IMG/VR virus record: IMGVR_UViG_3300034279_000522
DNA length: 20,000 bases
Strand: one strand, 5' to 3'
Origin: an uncultured virus (IMG/VR IMGVR_UViG_3300034279_000522)
Lineage: Duplodnaviria; Heunggongvirae; Uroviricota; Caudoviricetes
Shown here one piece after another: positions 16,229-20,000 of this stretch. Numbering within the stretch: position 1 is the stretch's first letter; each line of letters opens with the position of its first letter. The notes beneath the pieces are model-generated. The model searched no databases, was not told where the DNA came from, and saw only the letters and a program-made list of their open reading frames with translations. A program made the position numbers and the translations under genes.

Positions 16229-17940
16229 TTAATTTTAATACTATTCGATGGAAAAATATGTTGTCGACGGGCAACCAGTTTACAGAAATTAAATTGGACC
16301 GTTCACCTAGCACCCTAATCGTTGGCGAGAATGGCGGTGGTAAATCGACTATGCTCGATGCGCTTTGCTTTGCGCTGTTTAATAAACCGTTTCGTAACAT
16401 CAACAAACCACAGTTGATCAACTCAATTAACAAGAAGAACTTGCTGGTCGAAATTGAATTTCAAACTGGTCGCAAGTCATATAAGATTGTGCGAGGTATT
16501 CGTCCGAATCTCTTTGAGATTTATGCAGATGGCGAACTCCTCAATCAAGACGCTGCTGCTCGAGACTACCAGAAGTATCTCGAAGAATCAATTCTGAAGA
16601 TGAATTATAAGTCGTTCACCCAGATTGTTATTCTAGGAAGCGCATCTTTTACACCATTCATGCAACTTCCTGCGTTTACTCGTCGGGAAATTATTGAAGA
16701 CATTCTTGACATTCAGATCTTCACTACGATGAATAGTGTATTGAAAGACAAGATTATTGAAATCAAAGATAAGTTGACTGGTGCAGATAGTCGCCTAGAA
16801 ATTTTGAAACAGAAAGCGACTCTACAAAAAGAGTATGTAGACACTCTTGAGACGAACAAGGAGAAACGATCGGATGAGATACAATCTCGAATCGAAGAAG
16901 GTGAACTATCCATCGCCAGTTTTCAGAATCTTATTGGAGTACTCGAAGGCAAAAAGATTACGCACGAAGCTGCCAAGGCAGCACTTGGAGATCTCAGTGC
17001 AAAACAAAAGAAACTCGAATCTTTTAAAACCAAATTTTCCACCCAACTCCGAGATCTCAAAAAGGAGGTTTCGTTCTACAATGAGACAGACGAATGTCCG
17101 ACGTGCCAGCAAGGCATTGCTCACGATCATAAAGAAACCATCGTATCATCCAGACAAGAGAAAATCGAAGAACTATCTTCGGGAATGGATAAGTTACAGG
17201 AAGAATTTACAAAACTTGAGGAACTTATCGCGGAAAATGAGACTCTCTCCGAACAAATTTCTGAGTTAAGTGCAGAGATTATCGCGAACAATAACGAAAT
17301 TATTGTTCAACAGAGATTGATTCAAGCACTAAATCTAGAACTGAATGACATCACTACTAAGACTGCAGACATTGATGGTGAGAAAGATAAACTAAAGATG
17401 TTCGCGAAAGATGTTCTTGCGCAGAATTCCGAGAAAGCGAAACTGAATGAAGAAAAACATTACATGGACGCTGTTTCGATGCTTCTCAAGGACACTGGTA
17501 TTAAGACTAAAATTATTCGGCAATACCTTCCAGTTATCAATAAATTGGTAAATAAATATCTAACTGCCATGGACTTCTTCGTTCAGTTTAATCTAGACGA
17601 GAAGTTTGACGAGACAATCAAGTCTCGTCATCGCGATGACTTCAGTTATGCTTCGTTCAGCGAGGGTGAGAAGCAAAGAATTGACTTGGCACTGCTGTTT
17701 ACTTGGCGCACAATCGCTAAGATGAAGAACAGCGTTGCGACTAACCTACTGATTCTTGATGAAGTGTTCGACAGTTCTCTAGATAATAACGGAACTGATT
17801 ACGTCATGGCGTTGTTAGATACTCTTGGAGAGGAAACAAATACGTTTGTTATCAGTCATAAGGGCGATCAACTGTTCGATAAGTTCCGCAGTCTGATCAA
17901 GTTCGAAAAGAAAAATAACTATAGTGAAATGGTGGTATAA
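16225..17940 (+). CDS. gp46: Recombination endonuclease ATPase subunit, Rad50/SbcC-like (T4 gp46)
   Basis: Walker A GENGGGKS, zinc hook CPTC within coiled coils, signature FSEGEK, Walker B ILDEVFD and H-loop ISH. Confidence 0.97.
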   Translation: MINFNTIRWKNMLSTGNQFTEIKLDRSPSTLIVGENGGGKSTMLDALCFALFNKPFRNINKPQLINSINKKNLLVEIEFQTGRKSYKIVRGIRPNLFEIYADGELLNQDAAARDYQKYLEESILKMNYKSFTQIVILGSASFTPFMQLPAFTRREIIEDILDIQIFTTMNSVLKDKIIEIKDKLTGADSRLEILKQKATLQKEYVDTLETNKEKRSDEIQSRIEEGELSIASFQNLIGVLEGKKITHEAAKAALGDLSAKQKKLESFKTKFSTQLRDLKKEVSFYNETDECPTCQQGIAHDHKETIVSSRQEKIEELSSGMDKLQEEFTKLEELIAENETLSEQISELSAEIIANNNEIIVQQRLIQALNLELNDITTKTADIDGEKDKLKMFAKDVLAQNSEKAKLNEEKHYMDAVSMLLKDTGIKTKIIRQYLPVINKLVNKYLTAMDFFVQFNLDEKFDETIKSRHRDDFSYASFSEGEKQRIDLALLFTWRTIAKMKNSVATNLLILDEVFDSSLDNNGTDYVMALLDTLGEETNTFVISHKGDQLFDKFRSLIKFEKKNNYSEMVV

Positions 17941-18455
17941 TGGAACTGTTGAAAATTAACGATCCCGTATTGAGAGAGATCCCTGCTGAATTTGATTTTG
18001 AAACCCAGAATGCGCAAGAACTCGTTGATACTCTCTGGGCAAAGTGTCGAGAACTGAAGGGTCTTGGTCTTTCTGCCAATCAGGTTGGTATCAATGCAAA
18101 GGTTTTCGTAATGGGGACTGATGAAACCAATCGAAAGAATATCTTTAACCCAACTGTTGTTGCTTTGTCGGATAAAACGAGCATGGCGACTGAAGGTTGT
18201 TTGAGTCTTCCAGGTATGTGGGTAAATATTCGTCGACCAGAAGAAGTTACCATTTCATATCGTAATGTCAAGGGTGAATATGTTGTTGAGCAACTTGTTG
18301 GTCTAGAGGCAAGAATCGCTCTCCATGAATACGATCATATGGTCGGGTTGAATTTTTTGGATAGAGCATCAAAACTGAAGCGCGATATGGCAATCAAATC
18401 TCTAGAAAAACGAGCAAAAAGGTATATTCAAAAATATGTCCGACAAAACGTATGA
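17940..18455 (+). CDS. def: Peptide deformylase
   Basis: All three PDF motifs are present: GLGLSANQVG, EGCLS and HEYDH, plus N-terminal DPVLR. The start overlaps the gp46 stop (TAATG). Confidence 0.95.
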   Translation: MELLKINDPVLREIPAEFDFETQNAQELVDTLWAKCRELKGLGLSANQVGINAKVFVMGTDETNRKNIFNPTVVALSDKTSMATEGCLSLPGMWVNIRRPEEVTISYRNVKGEYVVEQLVGLEARIALHEYDHMVGLNFLDRASKLKRDMAIKSLEKRAKRYIQKYVRQNV

Positions 18456-18801
18456 TTTTGGATTCACATTCGAGGATCCAACCGAAACAATTATCCAACA
18501 ACCAGCGCAGCAAATAGACACTGGTGCGCAAGATGAAATTATGGCGAAACTCGCTGAACTCTCTGCGAGAATAACGGGTACAGATGCAACAGGAATTGTT
18601 GCTGAACATAAGGCGCTACTGCAACAAGAAGTTTCATCGAAGTTGAAGGAGGTAGAGGATATGATTTTACCTCTGCTTTATAATTTGAAGAAAAATCCTG
18701 AGCGTGATTACATTCATTGGCCAGGTGCAACAAGGACTAAAACTATTGACGCACAAATTGATAAAATCACGGCAATCACGAGATACTATGAACGAGTTTG
18801 A
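18436..18801 (+). CDS. Hypothetical protein (coiled-coil; C-terminal ILPLLYNLKKNPERDYIHWP)
   Basis: 121-aa ORF overlapping both neighbouring genes, with N-terminal YDFGFTFED. Confidence 0.75.
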   Translation: MSDKTYDFGFTFEDPTETIIQQPAQQIDTGAQDEIMAKLAELSARITGTDATGIVAEHKALLQQEVSSKLKEVEDMILPLLYNLKKNPERDYIHWPGATRTKTIDAQIDKITAITRYYERV

Positions 18802-19384
18802 CCATCCCTTACCTCCACATAAACAAAAGTTTTTTGCAGAACCTGCTGCGAGGATTTTTAATTTCTATCTCTGCGGAGAGATAAAAGAAGCAGAAGAATA
18901 CATTGAGTGGTTTCAGGTTCTCCGTTCGGTCGGAGAGAACGATATCGTTTACATCCGTATTAACAGCGAAGGTGGTGACTTGTTCTCTGCTCTCCAGTTG
19001 GTTCGTGCGATTCAGGAATCAAATGCCACTATCGTCTGTTCCGTCGAGGGTATTTGTATGAGTGCTGCCACTCTTATCTTCCTGACTGCAGACCAGTTTG
19101 AACTCTCCGACCATACCATGTTCATGTTCCATAACTATTCAAGCGGAACAATTGGTAAGGGTGGCGAAATGTATGACCAGATTACTCATTTCCGTGCGTG
19201 GTCTGAGAAGTTGTTTGCTTCTTTCTATAAGGATTTCCTAACCGATGCAGAGATTAAGTCGATGCTGGACAATAAGGATATCTGGTTAGATGCAGAGGAG
19301 GTTGCCAAACGTTTGGCAAACCGAATCAAGAGTCAAGAAACTCCTGTGAAAAAAAGTAGAAAAAAGATATCTTCTGCAGCATAA
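18788..19384 (+). CDS. ClpP-family serine protease
   Basis: LCGEI, RINSEGG (cf. ClpP INSPGG), GICMSAA (Ser), FMFHN (His) and DIWLDAEE (Asp). ATG at 18788 is preferred over the track's 18704. Confidence 0.85.
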   Translation: MNEFDHPLPPHKQKFFAEPAARIFNFYLCGEIKEAEEYIEWFQVLRSVGENDIVYIRINSEGGDLFSALQLVRAIQESNATIVCSVEGICMSAATLIFLTADQFELSDHTMFMFHNYSSGTIGKGGEMYDQITHFRAWSEKLFASFYKDFLTDAEIKSMLDNKDIWLDAEEVAKRLANRIKSQETPVKKSRKKISSAA

Positions 19385-19390
19385 ATAGGC

Positions 19391-19419
19391 TTGACTTTTC
19401 TAAAAAAATCAGGTATACT
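19391..19419 (+). promoter_or_regulatory. sigma70-type promoter for the HAD gene
   Basis: TTGACT (19391-96), 17-bp spacer, TATACT (19414-19). Confidence 0.8.
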
Positions 19420-19425
19420 GTCTGT

Positions 19426-20000
19426 ATGATAAAATTTAAAGATTATATTGCTGAGTCTAAAGAGGGTGCTGGTCTGACCATTTGGGATATTGACGAGACC
19501 CTCTTTAACACAAAGGCACAAATCCATGTTGTCAAGGACGGCAAACTGGTAAAGAAACTTTCCAATACCGAGTATAATACATACACTCGGAAACCTGGAG
19601 AGACCTACGACTTCGTTGAATTCAAAGACGCGAAGCATTTCCGCGACACCTCTGAACCTATCGTTCGGGCAATCGCGAAGGCGAAAGCAATCCACAAAAA
19701 CATTAAGAATCGTGCTGGTAGTAAGATGATTATCATTACTGCTCGCTCAGACTTCGATGACCGCGAAACTTTCCTAGACACTTTCCGTCAACAGGGAATT
19801 GACATTGATGATGTGCACGTTCATCGTTCAGGTAATCTCGATGCTCCTAACTCTGCTGCGGGTAAGAAAATCGTTATCAAACAGTATCTCGAAACGGGTA
19901 AATACGCTCGTGTCCGTCTGTTCGATGATGCAATCTCAAATCTAGATATGCTACTAGGTTTAAAGACTGAATATCCTGATATTGATTTTGAAGCATACCT
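19426..20000 (+). CDS. HAD-superfamily phosphatase (PNK 3'-phosphatase-like), 3'-truncated; not in the ORF track
   Basis: Manual translation is open to the window end: MIKFKDYIAESKEGAGLTIWDIDETLF...IIITARS...AGKK...RLFDDA. These match HAD motifs I (DxDxT), II (T), III (K) and IV (DD). Confidence 0.85.
   Translation, partial: MIKFKDYIAESKEGAGLTIWDIDETLFNTKAQIHVVKDGKLVKKLSNTEYNTYTRKPGETYDFVEFKDAKHFRDTSEPIVRAIAKAKAIHKNIKNRAGSKMIIITARSDFDDRETFLDTFRQQGIDIDDVHVHRSGNLDAPNSAAGKKIVIKQYLETGKYARVRLFDDAISNLDMLLGLKTEYPDIDFEAY

Noticed and set aside
440..17940. Introns, inteins or homing endonucleases in gp17, gp20, gp23, uvsW, gp47 or gp46
   Set aside because: All these ORFs are continuous and of normal or short length. 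I saw no intein, LAGLIDADG, HNH or GIY-YIG motifs.
14618..18787. Longer starts given by the track at 14618, 14934 and 18704
   Set aside because: 14618 lies inside the promoter, and the other two overlap upstream genes extensively. The ATGs at 14660 and 14988 have RBSs, and 18788 gives a short overlap and a ClpP-sized protein.
284..19695. Numerous 60-140 aa minus-strand and alternate-frame ORFs in the track (e.g. 3450..3761, 6370..6732, 16847..17269, 19333..19695)
   Set aside because: They overlap well-supported + strand genes and have no recognisable motifs. They are consistent with shadow ORFs.
1..20000. Stop-codon reassignment
   Set aside because: Core genes are full length in the standard code, and TAA, TGA and TAG all end genes at expected positions.
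1..20000. tRNA, rRNA or CRISPR arrays
   Set aside because: Intergenic gaps are under 150 bp and are occupied by promoters or terminators. No cloverleaf or repeat-spacer pattern was seen.

Overview
This window is the conserved core of a T4-like (T4 superfamily) myophage genome, with every credible gene on the + strand. The order is gp16 (partial), gp17, gp18, gp19, gp20, gp67-like, a 363-aa modular internal-head protein, a hypothetical gene, gp21, gp22, gp23, gp3, uvsY, uvsW, a hypothetical gene, gp55, two small accessory genes, gp47, gp46, peptide deformylase, a hypothetical gene, a ClpP-like protease and a HAD phosphatase (partial, absent from the ORF track). This order resembles aquatic cyanophage-type T4-like phages more than T4 itself. 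TATAAATA late promoters precede the structural genes, and sigma70-type promoters precede the recombination and accessory genes. The main oddities are: (1) a cassette-like polyprotein with a capsid-targeting-like N-terminus, repeated acidic gp21-type cleavage linkers and DNA microhomologies at the module junctions; (2) a HAD phosphatase with a T4 capsid-targeting-like N-terminus on an apparently leaderless transcript; (3) a divergent promoter upstream of gp55 that points antisense into the uvsW operon; (4) near-complete absence of CCGG and GGCC; (5) a deformylase plus ClpP-like cluster. All assignments come from motif recognition and synteny by eye; no searches were run.
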